DNA from: Anthoceros angustus
Lineage: Eukaryota > Plantae > Anthocerotophyta
Reading direction: 5' to 3'
DNA length: 64,000 nucleotides
Assembly (NCBI GenBank): GCA_010909165.1
Contig: MU008166.1
Coordinates: 1,674,001-1,738,000, forward strand
Of this stretch, positions 21,879-34,099 are shown piece after piece (positions within the stretch are counted from its first letter, which is position 1; the number at the start of each line of letters is the position of its first letter). The notes below the pieces were generated by a model, which ran no database searches, was not told where the DNA came from, and was given only the letters and a program-made list of their open reading frames with translations. The position numbers were made by a program, and so were the translations under genes.

Positions 21879-22847
21879 ATGGACTCGTCTCCCAACATTT
21901 TGTCTCTAGACAACGGCTGTGCAGCTGCGACGTCTCCCAAGATTGAAGACATGAATGCATCTCAGACCAGGGCAACCTCTCCAACGAGCCAGGGTACAAA
22001 CACGAGTGACGGAAGGAAGCGGGAGAGAACCGTGGAGGAGGAGAATGTGCTTAATCGGGATCCTCCTTCTTCGGGGAATAAGCGAAGAGATCGGACGACG
22101 TCAGTCCGCTGCCATGCTACTCCCAAGTGGTCGGGCCTCCCTCAGAACACCCCGCCACTGCCCCCCGATCATAAGCTCGTCAGAGAGCAGGCCAGCAACA
22201 GCGCCAAGTGGGTGAAGCATACGCTGGATTTTTGCTACGAGTATCGGCAATTCCTCGAATGCAAGGGTGCCACTCGGAGGGTTGATCTAGAAACGTGGAA
22301 TTACATGAGTGCCCATGGACTGCTGGTGAATCAGGAGAAGCGAAGCGGAGAGGTTCCTGGTGTGCCCGTGGGATTTAGGTTTTTCTCCAGGGTGGAGCTC
22401 GCCATGGTGGGAATGCACTTTGCCTTCCAATCTTTGACAGACACCAGGTTCGATGAGGATTTTAAAGCAGTAGCCACTAGCGTGATAATGTCTGGAGCTA
22501 AAGACGACTCTATCTGTAACAACGGAGAGCTAGTGGAGTATACAGGTCAAGGAGGTGCTCATCACAAGGCGGATAGAGGCGTACCTGACCAGAAGTTGTG
22601 TGGAGGTAACATGGCCATGTTCCTCTCGTTCAAGAGAGGCTATCCCATCAGGCTGGTTCGAGGAAAGGCTGACGAGCGAAGCCCATCCAATACCACCTTC
22701 ACATACTACGGGTTGTACCGCATAACCGGAATGGAGCAGAAGCGCGGGCCCAAAGGCAACAATACCTACTCGTTTCAGATGTCCCGCCTGCCGAATCAGG
22801 CTCCTCTAAATTTCTCGAGACGACAGATACGTTACCCTCCCTGCTGA
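21879..22847 (+). CDS. Stand-alone SRA/YDG-domain protein (SUVH-derived, no SET domain), 322 aa, single coding exon
   Basis: RVDL..M..NQEKRSGEVPGVPVGFRFFSRVELAMVGMH, VATSVIMSG, YTGQGG, DQKLCGGNMAM, PIRLVRG, YYGLYRI, FQMSRLPNQ, then a stop. Confidence 0.88.
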   Translation: MDSSPNILSLDNGCAAATSPKIEDMNASQTRATSPTSQGTNTSDGRKRERTVEEENVLNRDPPSSGNKRRDRTTSVRCHATPKWSGLPQNTPPLPPDHKLVREQASNSAKWVKHTLDFCYEYRQFLECKGATRRVDLETWNYMSAHGLLVNQEKRSGEVPGVPVGFRFFSRVELAMVGMHFAFQSLTDTRFDEDFKAVATSVIMSGAKDDSICNNGELVEYTGQGGAHHKADRGVPDQKLCGGNMAMFLSFKRGYPIRLVRGKADERSPSNTTFTYYGLYRITGMEQKRGPKGNNTYSFQMSRLPNQAPLNFSRRQIRYPPC

Positions 22848-23010
22848 TGTTCATCACCTGTGGCTGGTAGGAGGTCCTAGTCTCCATGTCTCCATGAACA
22901 TTTTTCCAGTGGGGGCAACCCCATTGAGACCTGTTTGATTTTCTCTCAAAGAGTTAAGAGCTGTTTGCTTGTCCTGTATTGCTCTTTCCAGCCCGTATTA
23001 GCTCGTGAAA

Positions 23011-25289
23011 TCAGACCCCCTGAAAACCCACAGTCTCTCTTTCGGCAATGAAGTCGATGGCTTGCACAACGTCATCCACCACCTGCATGGAAACGAGGGA
23101 ACCCTCAGCCGAAGCCTTGGCTGTGATGGGGGGCTGATGGTGGATGGCATGATTTGCACCTTGTGGGCAGGGTATCGGAAATCGTTGTCATGTTGTCTAA
23201 ACACTCCGGTTCTTGTTAAGACCGAGGTCCATGGGTGTCCAGCCTGCGGGCATTGCTCGAGGGAGGTCAGGGTTGTTGGGACACAGGATTGAGGTTCCGT
23301 GATGGGGAATGCGGTTTACCTCGTTAGCTCCTCTGATGTCTGTGGCCGGGTTGTCGCCAACCATGTAGATGGTATGGAGGGTAGAGGGGGCAGTCTGCAG
23401 GGGACGTGATTGGTCTGGTGAGTTCAGCTTGAGAAGCAGTGGGGTTTGTTGCAGAATGTGTGAGGAAGATTCACCTGGGAACGTCTGGCCTGCTCGTGCA
23501 AAACTTGGGCAGCAAATGTGTACACAGAGGCCTCAGGTTTACCGTAGCATGTGAAGGATAGAGGGGTTTCGGACAACCTGAGTGCACACCACATCATGAT
23601 ACATGCGGTTGTGGAGAAGGAATACAAGCAGAACCTTCATGCTGCTACTTCTGCGTGGTGAGGAGGTCAGGCTCACCTGCCTATTATAGAGGCTCTCCAA
23701 AGCGATACGGAATGCTCCCATCCCAAACCGGGCTACAGGAAAAGCACCCTGTACAGGTTGTGGCAATTTGAGATGCAGTGAAGATCACACATGCTGCAGG
23801 TGTGAAGCCTGAAGTTAGGAGGAAGAAGGCAGTACCTGATACTCAAAATCATCAGCTGCAAAGAATAGTGGGGGCTGGGGACCTGTTTCCTTTCCTGGTT
23901 CACCCCCTGACCGCAATACATCACACAGTACCTGTACAACATAGTGAAGGGGCCACCAAACAGCCATTGGGCAACAAGAACATCACATCAACATTGTGAA
24001 GGAGGCTAATATTTGGTGAGTTAAGAGAGAAGAATGCATTGCTGGGGTTAGAAAGTGACCTGCAGATCACGTCCCCAATCTAGGGGATCACTAACCACAA
24101 ACACTGCCTCAATCTTATCAGTCCCCGGATTAGGTTTCTGTGACTTGTTCCTGGATGGCGCCCAAGGTTTGTAGGAGGCAAGTCCATCAATGTGGTCGAA
24201 CTTGGCGACATAATCATCCATAAACGTCACCTTCCTGGAATACCCACAATCTGTACGTGAAAAGCCTGGCAGTGTGAGGATCACCTTGAGCATTTCATCA
24301 CCATACCTGTGCAGTTTCTTACTTGAATCCATAACTAGTCATGACTGTGAACGGGTCCTGTTTTCCAACCGCTAGCACTTGCTTGTCCCCAAACCTGTGA
24401 CGAGAACGAAATGAATGAACAGTCTAGTGGTGCATGCTTGCTCCGAGTGAAGATGTTGAAGGAAGCTCTACCTGTTCACTAGCTTCCGAAATGGAGTATG
24501 ACCAAGAAGCACCTGCATCATGCAAGCAGCCGTCAATGCAGCTCCAGTCATACACCGTTAACCCTCCCTCAGAGTTGTGTGACCGATGTCCAGGAATGCT
24601 AACCTGGTCTGCTAAAACCGGAATGTTAAGCAGTTTACTGAGCTCTGCAGCTTTAGAAGATTCAGTCATTCCTCCACCTGACACAGCATAAAAGGGCATT
24701 AAGCGAAGCTCAGAATTCAGAGCTAGACAAAAAGCTCAGCTGCAGGGCCATCACCATTTGTCAAAAAAATGAAGGGAATCCGGGGCCGAGCTGCACTGCA
24801 CACGAAGTGTCCCACCAGTCAGTAGCTAGCAGGACCGCTGATAGAAAGCATGTCAACTTACACAACCTAACATACTAGGAGATGACGGGTCATCGTAAAG
24901 CCGCCTCAAAGCTGTAGTTACTCCATTGATGGGCTTCCCTCCACGCACTAGAACTCCATCAATGTCAAAAGCTACCCCAAATTTGCTCCTGGAAAATTCT
25001 GACTAGGGTTAAGAACGTTCCTAACAGTCTATGGCTGTGAGATGGTGCCGAGAAACCTTTCCAACACGAAAGGAAGCGAAAGAGCTGGAGGCACATCTAA
25101 CATCTGCTCCACATTTGGGAGACTTGTCTCAACTCAACATTCGAATCAAATCAAACTCCATGTGACATACACATATCCAGCTAGCTCCGAAAGGCGCCTG
25201 AGACCCCACTCCCGATCCACTCCAGCCCCTATCCTCGTCCATCTCCGGCCAGGGCCTCGATACACAGACCTGTAAATGTTGCTGGCCAT
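23011..25289 (-). CDS. HAD-superfamily class IIA hydrolase, CECR5/HDHD5/YKR070W-like, multi-exon
   Basis: FGVAFDIDGVLVRG, IPFIFLTNGGGMTES, FVVSDPLDWGRDLQ, RFGMGAFRIALE, YGKPE, YMVGDNPATDIRGA, WTSVLTRTGVF; start codon approximate. Confidence 0.88.
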
Positions 25290-27846
25290 GGTCATAGCAA
25301 GCTCCTACTCATGGCTTGGCATCCATCTTCTGCGAAAAACACGCGCACACAGGAGGTAATAAAAGGGTTAAGACAATTTCTAAGACGCACCCAGTTTTCG
25401 CTGACATGCCAGGTCAGAGTCCTCACGGCAGCCGCAGAAGTGACTTTCACGTTGCCACGTCGATGCCGTTGGCCTTGGGCCCGCATTCCTGAAGCTTGTA
25501 CACACGTGGCTCTGTGTGCCAGCAAAGAGCACCAGGATCGTCCATTTTTGCTCAGCTTCTGCCTCTTCGGCTGTGCAGGGCTCCGGAATTTTCTTTGTCT
25601 TGGTGGGTACGGCATTTGAAGGGAAGTGGTCTGATCGATCGCCCACCAGGACGAGGTGAACTGCATGGAGCCTGGATGTTCGAGAAGGTGAGGAGATTTG
25701 GGTCCTTCAGGTCTTGAATGTGAATCCCTTTGGAAGTGCAGCTTACAGAGAAATCGAAGCGCGGAGACAGGATTATTTGTAGTACGTTGCAGCCATTTGT
25801 GTACGATGAGTCTTGCATCAGGTTCCAGGGTGGTGGAGAGCATTCTGGTGATCAGGTCACCCAGGCTAGCCAGAAAGAAACAGCAACGACACTGGCAGTC
25901 CCTTCATCTTCATCCCAGGAGCACTCACCACCATGGCTCTTCCATGAGGCTTTCAGCCTACAGATGTGAGGTTGGAAGCTTTCGAAATGTGAAGGGAACA
26001 AAGTGGCTGGTGGTATGGGCTGAACAGGACGGAGGGAACGAGGTCGAGCAACCAGAAGACAAGTCTCCTCCATCTCCAAGTAAGATACATTTGCAGAACC
26101 CCAGAAGGGCAGTATGAGTGTAGGCCAGTCTACTCTTCTCTAGCTTGTTGCTCGAAAGACTCTCTGTTTCAGTTGCGGTTAATTGTTTCAGCGCAGAGAA
26201 CTGCCTGGCTGTTATGTTCACATGATCTCACATCAATTGGGTGAAGGCGGCATTCTAGGGAAAGCGGTGAGCATGGGCACGGCTGTTCAGATATTCTTCG
26301 CAGCTATGATATACATCATCATCTTCTTCGGAGCTAGTGTTACTGATGGAAATTCCAGTGGCCGCCGTGGTCCTCGAAGGTAGCAAATCTCCTTCTGAAG
26401 AGGTGTCAGCGAGATGAGCTTCCCCAACCTTGAAATTGGTGGAAGGTAAGGCATGAATTCTCTCGAAATCTCCCCCTGCTTCTTGTAGCTCTAACAGATC
26501 AGTGAACAGATCTCCTTGCGGATGACAAGCTACAGTCTTGGTGCAGACCATATATGTTCCGGAGGAGCAATACTATGCTATCTCTGCTCAGAATGGAGCT
26601 CCTTTTAAGATCTATGGTCTGGAGAGCAATACAATATTAATGCTACCTCTGCTGAGAGTGGAGCTCCCTTAAGGTAAACCTGAGGTTAAGAGGTAGTCAA
26701 GTGGAGGAACCATGGAAACTTTGTACAAACAGACCCCCAAGCCATCAGGTTTTCAAAGTGCGGTTGCTTATGCGTGTTGGTTCTCCAGACCAGCCAGTCT
26801 GGTAGCCTTTTGTACAAGATTCTTTGCATGTACATTTATAAAGAGAACGAACTTGTGAACTCCCTCCCTCCCTGCAATTCGCAGACAATGACACTGACAA
26901 TTCTTTATATTAAAATATGTTCCCTCGTTTGTATCTAACATTCTGTTAGGACAGGCAGATGTGAGACAATGTGCCGCCCAGAGAAGAAATGAAAGTGAAA
27001 TCGACAGAATAGAAACATTTTGATACTTGATTCCTGTCCACCCAGACGTGCCTGTCGCGAACCGCGAACTCGCTGCCGGAAGTCGTGAATCTACTGACCT
27101 CAAACGAAGGCCTGATGCATCGGCTTCGAATATTCACAAAAGTATGTACATGGAAGCCTTTAGAGATGCTGGAATGTACTGTGATGCTTTTTCACCTTCT
27201 TGATGTCCGGGTTCGGTATTGTACATTCGCAAGCGAGAGTCTCAAGATCGAGTACGGATCGGCTAATTGTGCACATATTCAAGAGCATTATAGCATTATG
27301 ACCAGCCCTTGAGGACACACATGTGCGAGAGAAGATGGCAGCAAAGCGAATTGCAGCATTCCTGCAAGCACCGTTCTTGATCTGAAGCGTGAGCAACCGA
27401 GTCACAGATTACACACAGGATGTATGCATGAATTCCTGAACCAGACGCTTGAAGTCGGAAGCATTGCACTGATTTCACCAGAAGCTCCTATTAATCGATG
27501 ATTCATGTGAATTTAGTACACTGAGGCATCTAGACACAGCTGCGCCCTGAACAAACGGGCATTGAAGTGCTGTTTCAAGAGCAAAGAAATGTTCAGCACC
27601 GAGATCGCCATGGAAGAATTGTGGGCGGTGTGAGTCTCTGCATATATCTTTATCACAAAGTGCTCAATACAAGCACCACTGGCGAGGTGGATGGAAAGAA
27701 TTCATTCCAAGAAGGAACGATGATAGATGTATCATCTGAACATTGCTAGGAACCGAGAACTTTGCTACAGTCTAAGCCGCAGGCATCTTGCTTGAAAATC
27801 GAGCCTTGAGCTTGATGGGTCAGCACGAGCGGCAATGCCAGTGCTG

Positions 27847-29133
27847 CTACACGCTGATCGGACTCCGCATGAGCAAGGAAGATCCTCCCAGTGAGTTCCA
27901 CACCTCCTGGGCCTCGGCGAATCCCGGCGAGAAGGTGGGAAACGGCAGCGGCAGCGGCAACGGCAGCTCGGACGGCAGGCTTTCCTCCTCGTAAGCCAAG
28001 CCAGGCTCCTCGTCCAGGCCGGGGAAGATGGAGGCAGCCATGCCCATGTTCTCTTCCGAGCTCGCATGAGCCGAGGCCTTCTCCAGCATCTGCTTGAACA
28101 CGTTGCTCTGCCACAGGAGCCCAAGAGCACTGGGCCCCGCGACGGCCTCCGGTCTTTGCAAGGTAATTCCCATGGAGGACGGGAAATGGTAGGGCTCGGG
28201 GGCCTGCCCCGTCCACATCTGGGCCTGGTTCTCCTGGGCAGGAGAGTCAGGCTGTTGGAGGTCCTGGCTGGACTCTGACTGCTTCATCTGGTGCAGGAGC
28301 TGTGGCTCATCCATGGCAGCTTGTTTCTGGCCATGCCCCAGATCCTGGGCTGCAGCTCCCTCGGAATCGGCTGTCCGGATGATGTTGTTGGCCTGGCCTG
28401 GTCGCAGCCACTTGATGTATCGGCTGAGGTCGAAGTTGGTGACAGCATTCAGCCCTCGGTACTCTATGGCCGCCATGTCGTAGGCCGCAGCTGCCTCCTC
28501 CTGGGTGCTGTACGTGCCTAGGTAGAGGTACTTGTTGCCGAACACCCGCCCGATCCGAGCCTCCCAGCGGCCGTTGTGATGGTGCCTTGCCACTCCCCTG
28601 TACTTGGAAACACCTCTGGAAAACCCGCTGCTCTTCCTCCGGAGGGAAGCAAGGTACTCCTCCCTGGACACATTCTGCATTTCCTCGATGTCTCTCGTGT
28701 AATCTGTGACAGGGAAGTTGATGATGGTCCCCGGTCCCCAGTACTTGAGAGCCGCCAGATCGTATGCCCGGGCTGCTGCTTCCTCATCGTCATATGCTCC
28801 CAGATACACTTGCTTCCCCTTCTTGTTCTGGCTCTGGTTCCAGGTACTCTTGTCCCAAAGATGAGCTTCAAATCGGCCAGTCCATCTGTGCCTGGTCACT
28901 CCTCGGTAGACGGAGCTCCTCTTCCCCAACACTGGAGGAGGGATTTTGCTGATGCGGTCCTTGGCAGTGGAAGTTCTCTCCCGCCGAGTCCTCTTGGATG
29001 CTCTAACCTGCTCCCCTGCCTCCCCGTTCGCCCTCTTCAACCCTCTCGGCTGCTGCTGCTCTTCTGCCTTGTGCTCCTTCACATTAACAACCTTCGCCAC
29101 TGCTGTACCAGGAGCTGTTTTCTCTTGCTCCAT
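27847..29133 (-). CDS. Double-AP2 transcription factor, WRINKLED/ADAP (basal ANT) type, intronless
   Basis: [41 protein letters not shown]; [45 protein letters not shown]; first in-frame ATG is MEQEK. Confidence 0.95.
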   Translation of the reverse strand: MEQEKTAPGTAVAKVVNVKEHKAEEQQQPRGLKRANGEAGEQVRASKRTRRERTSTAKDRISKIPPPVLGKRSSVYRGVTRHRWTGRFEAHLWDKSTWNQSQNKKGKQVYLGAYDDEEAAARAYDLAALKYWGPGTIINFPVTDYTRDIEEMQNVSREEYLASLRRKSSGFSRGVSKYRGVARHHHNGRWEARIGRVFGNKYLYLGTYSTQEEAAAAYDMAAIEYRGLNAVTNFDLSRYIKWLRPGQANNIIRTADSEGAAAQDLGHGQKQAAMDEPQLLHQMKQSESSQDLQQPDSPAQENQAQMWTGQAPEPYHFPSSMGITLQRPEAVAGPSALGLLWQSNVFKQMLEKASAHASSEENMGMAASIFPGLDEEPGLAYEEESLPSELPLPLPLPFPTFSPGFAEAQEVWNSLGGSSLLMRSPISV

Positions 29134-31046
29134 CTGGGAGTTCCCCTTCCTTGATGGGTAGGCTCGAGATGAGACCAACTCTTGGAATGTGATTAGCCGG
29201 TGGAATTGCAGAGCTCACCAGAATGGCGTCAGAAGCGGACTGGTAGCGACCGTTACAAACGTACAGGTGGGTGGAGTGAGAGTGAGTGCGTGAGTGAGCC
29301 TATCTACAGAATCTTGGCGTGTGGATGCTCACATGCAATTCAAGCCGGTGTCAGGGGCGGGTATCCATTGTCAGTGCCGTGGGCGACTGAGCTGACAGCA
29401 TTTCCGCTCGTACTCGGCTAGCTTGTGAGCAGAGCGGGATCAGAGAGCTGTCCAGAGAGAGCGGGACAGAGGGTCTGGAGACCTAGGCTGCTGGGCAGCA
29501 GAAGCAAGTGATGGCAGGTCACAAGAGACAGGAGGGAGGGATGCAAGGGAACTGGGGATATCGGAGATCTGCGACTGCAAATGTTGGGGAAAGAAGCGGA
29601 CTAAAAAGCCCTGCGGCCAAGGGAAGCAGCCAAGCCGGACCCAGCACGATCGGGTGCCGACAAAGGCAGGGATTGCGTCTTGTCGTGGAGCGAACGTTTG
29701 TCGTGGGGCGGCGTTTTATACCTCCGCAACCGCTTCAGCCTGGCGTGCCTCGGGCTTCACGGCAGCGCTGCTAGTCGTGACTCCGTCCAGCGTGAAAGTG
29801 GGTGGCAAGGCCGAGGAAACAGCTTCCCGACAGCCAGCCACGGCCGTGGCTGCCATTCCCCGTGGCAGCAGACTGGGAATGGGGAATGCGACACCAAACT
29901 AGCAGGCCCCAACCTGGATTGTTGGAGCTTGGCTCCATGACCTCTCTGGCTCTTGTGTGCCTGCACTGTATGTCTCCTGTGAACTGTGTGTTTGCATCAA
30001 CTGGAAGCCAAGCTTCCGCGGCACTAGCTAACCGAACCTTGCAAAAGCGTTGGTTGCTTCCCGGGCTTGCTCCTGGCCTGAAGGGATGTTCCCAGCCCCT
30101 AGGATTCCCTCTTGCTTGCCTTTTTCTGGGTCTTTTGTTGTAAGGTACACGACAATTTTGGAGTGAGCAGCAGCTCTAGCTCCAGCTCCCTTGAAATGAA
30201 GGGCTATTTGCGGATGCTGAGGCCTTTAGCCAATCACGGCCCGATCCCTTCCTGGCTCTTGTGACTAGCTGTGACCCAGACTCTTTGTCCTAGTACATAC
30301 ATACAACCCAAACGCACGCCCAGGCACGTAAGGTTCCAACTCGTGCGCTTGCAAGCCCACTTCAACCTGACTGATTTTCTCGTGCCTGTACCCAAATGCA
30401 AGCCCAGGCATGTCAGGCTCCAACTCCTGCGCTTGCAAGTCGCAAGCCTGCCTCTTTACACCTGATGGATTTCGGCCCAGTTGGTCTAGCTTGCACGCTT
30501 GCAGAGGCCTCCAGACCTTGGAGTTTTCAGGAGCTTTGGAAATGAATCGACCACATAGCCAGGCCAGGCTGCGCAAATTCCAGCAACGTAGCGCTTTGGG
30601 AATGAATCGAGGACAGGTCTCTTCAGGCTCACGTTTCTGAATCTCTTACAGCTCTTCCGGTGGCTATGCTGCACTATCACACTGTATATGGTGCACCGTT
30701 GTATCGCTTGCAGACACCATACAGTGCACTGTTTCCAGCTCTTCGTTGATCTATTGTTGCAAATAATTTGGTATTTTCAAAATACCAAATTAAAAAAAAA
30801 TCTATTGTTGCAGCTCTTCTCTCATGCGCTGTTTTAGCTCTTGTTATAAATATTTTATTGAGGTAAAAATGATGGGAAGAGCCCATCCAATGCAGTAGGG
30901 GACAACGAAAAGGGACCCGAGGGTCGAGGTAAGGAGGAGCAATTGAGTTCCTTACCTGAAGTTACCTACCCGAGGGTCGAGGTTAAGGAGGAGCAATTGA
31001 GCTCCTTACCTAAAGTTACCTACTGGGACAACGAAAAAGGACCCGA

Positions 31047-32722
31047 AACAGCGTCTGTTTAGAAAGGGGTTTCTCCTGAAACCCCTTTTTGCACACGGAC
31101 GTGGCCGGACCCCTTTTTGCACTTGAAAAAATCCGCACTATAATCAGCCTTGTTGGTATTTCTCTGCAGACATGTCACCCGCAACCTTTTGAATAATTGT
31201 TTTCATACACGTTATTTGAGATTAGATTGCAAGTCGTGGCAAAACCTAAAGTCCCATTCTCGTTCGGCTTTTCTTTCAAAGCTGGACGAATTCGCGCAAA
31301 CTTATGCGCGCCCATCTAAGCGTCTCCAACATCGGCAATCATTGCGGTGTTGGACGATATCTAAACATTTAGAGTTTTAGGGCTTGCTGTAATTGCAGTG
31401 CGCAAACTTGTTTTGCGCACCAACCTTTCATTCATACCATCAATCCTAAGACTATACTCGCCTCGAGAATTTTACAGGACTTTGTTTCTTAGACATTGGG
31501 ACAATAATATCTTCGTTGACTGATGTTCTTGATCCACATGCGGCGAGAATGAGAGTGGCATGGTGCACTTGAGTGGGCCCATAAGCGTCTCAAGATTCAA
31601 AAGATGCAAAAGGTTCTCACTACTAGTTCAAAGTTTTAACCACTAGAAAAAGATGAGGGTTAAGTAAAGATAAGAACATATCCACATTAGGGAGGTGCAC
31701 AAAAAAGGTTGAAAACGTCGAAAGGAACCCTTTAAAACAACAAAAATATCAAAAAAAATACAAAACAATTCAAAAAATTATGGATTATGGATTTTTTTGT
31801 GATCTTTTAAGGGGTTTTAAGGGTTTTTTAGATTTTTTGCTCTTTTTTTCTTTGGATGAACCGTATGGGAATGCACTAGGAGGCATGAACCATATGGTTT
31901 CATGCTCCTAGGCCCTTCTTGACCTTGGGTGCGTGCACTTGTGCGTGCACAGGCCTCCTGCCCCAGTGCGCGCACAAGTGCGCGCACCGCCTCCTGCCCA
32001 CAGTGCGCACTTGTGCGTGCACAGGCCTCCTGCCCCAGTGCGCGCACAGGCCTCCTGCCCCAGTGCGCAAACTTATGCGCGCCTAGGCCCCGGTACATGC
32101 ACTTGTTCACCCAGCGGGGCCCCCCTAGCATGTTTGATGATAACCCGGTACTAGGTCACCGCCGAAAGAGACGGAAACAACATGAAGGATAAAAAGAGGT
32201 TAGGGTGTTCTTCGTTGCATTAGGGCATAGGATAAATATATGAGAGCGGTCTAGGTGAACCTCCGCCGACGTCTACTACTTGTTATTTTGTTGGGAGTTC
32301 CGGCACATCCTCAGACCTCCAAAAGGACATGTTTCCCCATTAGAAGATTATTTTTCGCGTTCTTTTTGCACAGTGCGTGCACAAGTTTGCGCATAGCGTT
32401 GTTTAGACGCGCACTTATGCGCCTAGGCCCCCGTATACAAAACATACAAAACCACACAAAATGCGTAAACTACGGACATGGCGAAATTATGGAACAATGA
32501 GGTCCCTAGCCCTTCATCACACCGACTAAATCGCCATGAACGAGTACAAGGCGCCCGGTCACGGTGTAAATGACTCGACAGAAGTGGTGCGGAGCCGAGA
32601 ATGCCGAAACCGATGGATGAACACCTACAAAACCAACAAAACCAAACCAACCCGGTTCCGTGAAATAGGGTTGGGATTTTTCCAAAACCCTTTGACAGAG
32701 AAACCCCTTTCTAAAGCAAGTT
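31047..32722. mobile_element. Non-autonomous DNA element with 18-bp subterminal inverted repeats and end hairpins
   Basis: tttagaaaggggtttctc (31058-31075) / gagaaacccctttctaaa (32698-32715); internal GTGCGC-rich repeats; splits the host sequence ggacccga|gggtcgagg. Confidence 0.75.
31928..32090. repeat. GC-rich tandem repeat (cacaggcctcctgccccagtgcgc units)
   Basis: About four copies of gcctcctgccc(c)agtgcgc with gtgcgtgcac spacers. Confidence 0.85.
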
Positions 32723-32863
32723 AGAGGTCGAGGTAAGGAGGAGCAATTGAGCTCCTTACCTAAAGTTATCTACTGCACCCACAACATATGAAGGAAGAAT
32801 TGAGCTCCTTACCTAAAGTTACCTACTGCACCCACAATGTCATATGAAGAAAGAACAAACGGC

Positions 32864-33231
32864 TTGCAAACCAGAAGATCGATGTGTCACCTACTATCAC
32901 CGCCTTATGGAGGATCGCCGTTCAGAGTGCCCATCGAAGGGCAATTGAAACCCACTGTTGGAAGTATGCTGAAGTACGAGAGGATTGCAAACGGAAGATC
33001 GATGTGTCACCTACTATCACCGCCTTATGGAGGATCGCCGTTCAGAGTGCCCATCGAAGGGCAATTGAAACCCACTGTTGGAAGTATGCTATGAAGTACG
33101 AGAGGGATTGCAAACCAGAAGATCGATGTGTCACCTACTGTCACCGCCTTATGGAGGATCGCCGTTCAGAGTGCCCATCGAAGGGCAATTGAAACCCACT
33201 GTTGGAAGTATGCTATGAAGTACGAGAGGGA
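32864..33231. repeat. ~121-124-bp tandem triplication within the CRE-like C-terminal coding region
   Basis: ttgcaaac..gaagatcgatgtgtcacctact...gaagtacgagagg(g)a x3. Confidence 0.95.
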
Positions 33232-33661
33232 CAGCCTGCACCGTGCATGCACGCATGATAAGCTTTGGCACATGACTGGACAAATTTGTTAAGTCTACAT
33301 CCATTGCCCCGTATGTTTCTAGTGCAAGTGCAATAAAGCATCCCGCTGTATTTCTAGACCTTGAGAACCGCTGCTCCGGCCGGTGCAGCCCAACCTGGAC
33401 GGTTCAGCTCTTGTTTGCGGTTTGCATGATGTAAATATGATATTTTTAAAATATTTACATAACTATGGCATACCCAGAGGAAAAGTTGACTTTTTTCAGC
33501 ACTCTTCACCTATTCTACGTATAATATATGCACTATTACATATAAGGTATAACATATAAAATACCTCAAAAGGGAACAAAATTGTATGCACTCCCTCCCA
33601 TGATGCACTTTGGGAAGATGCCATTTGTCATTTTGTACGTTTCTTAAAAGATTCTTTTACG

Positions 33662-33779
33662 TTTTGGCCACATATATTGATCAAAATATTTTAATTATTT
33701 TTAATGTAGAGAACATAATATTTTGGCCACATATATTGATCAAAATATTTTAATTATTTTTAATGTAGAGAACATAATA
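33662..33779. repeat. Perfect 59-bp tandem duplication
   Basis: ttttggccacatatattgatc...agaacataata x2. Confidence 0.95.
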
Positions 33780-34099
33780 TTCCGCGAAAGGAAACCTTAA
33801 CATCTACTAGTGTCATACAAACATTGTACAAAATGTTACAAGAAAATTGGTCAAAAGGCTCGATTTAAGTGGGTTGGGCATTCCGGGGTTTAAAACATAA
33901 ATGACCCTAACGACACTCGAATCTCGAAACCAAGAATTCAAGACTGTTTTCACTCTCTATATGTGTGACTTAAACTTAAACGAATTGTTATTGAAGCAGT
34001 TGTTCATTCGTATGAGCGTGAAGATAATAGGCATAGCAAGTGCACAAAAGTTGAACAGAAACAAGCATGCAGGAGCCTACTATAGATGTCACTATCTTG

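Larger units (their letters stand above)
30846..33405 (-). mobile_element. 5'-truncated CRE-like non-LTR retrotransposon (subfamily B), interrupted by a subTIR element and internal tandem duplications; 10-bp TSD
   Basis: Minus strand 33405-33110 encodes NRPGWAA..KYS..FIALALETYGA..FVQSCAKAYH..PLSYFIAYFQQWVSIALR, homologous to the ORF at 18943-19509; TSD agctcttgtt at 30836-30845 and 33406-33415. Confidence 0.85.

Noticed and set aside
25292-26551. Protein-coding gene on the minus strand
   Set aside because: Several short ORFs broken by stops and no recognisable domain; possibly a decayed gene but not supportable
32864-33231. ~120-bp repeat as a 5S rRNA-like, ncRNA or CRISPR-like array
   Set aside because: No 5S similarity and no unique spacers; the minus strand translates to the CRE-like C-terminus
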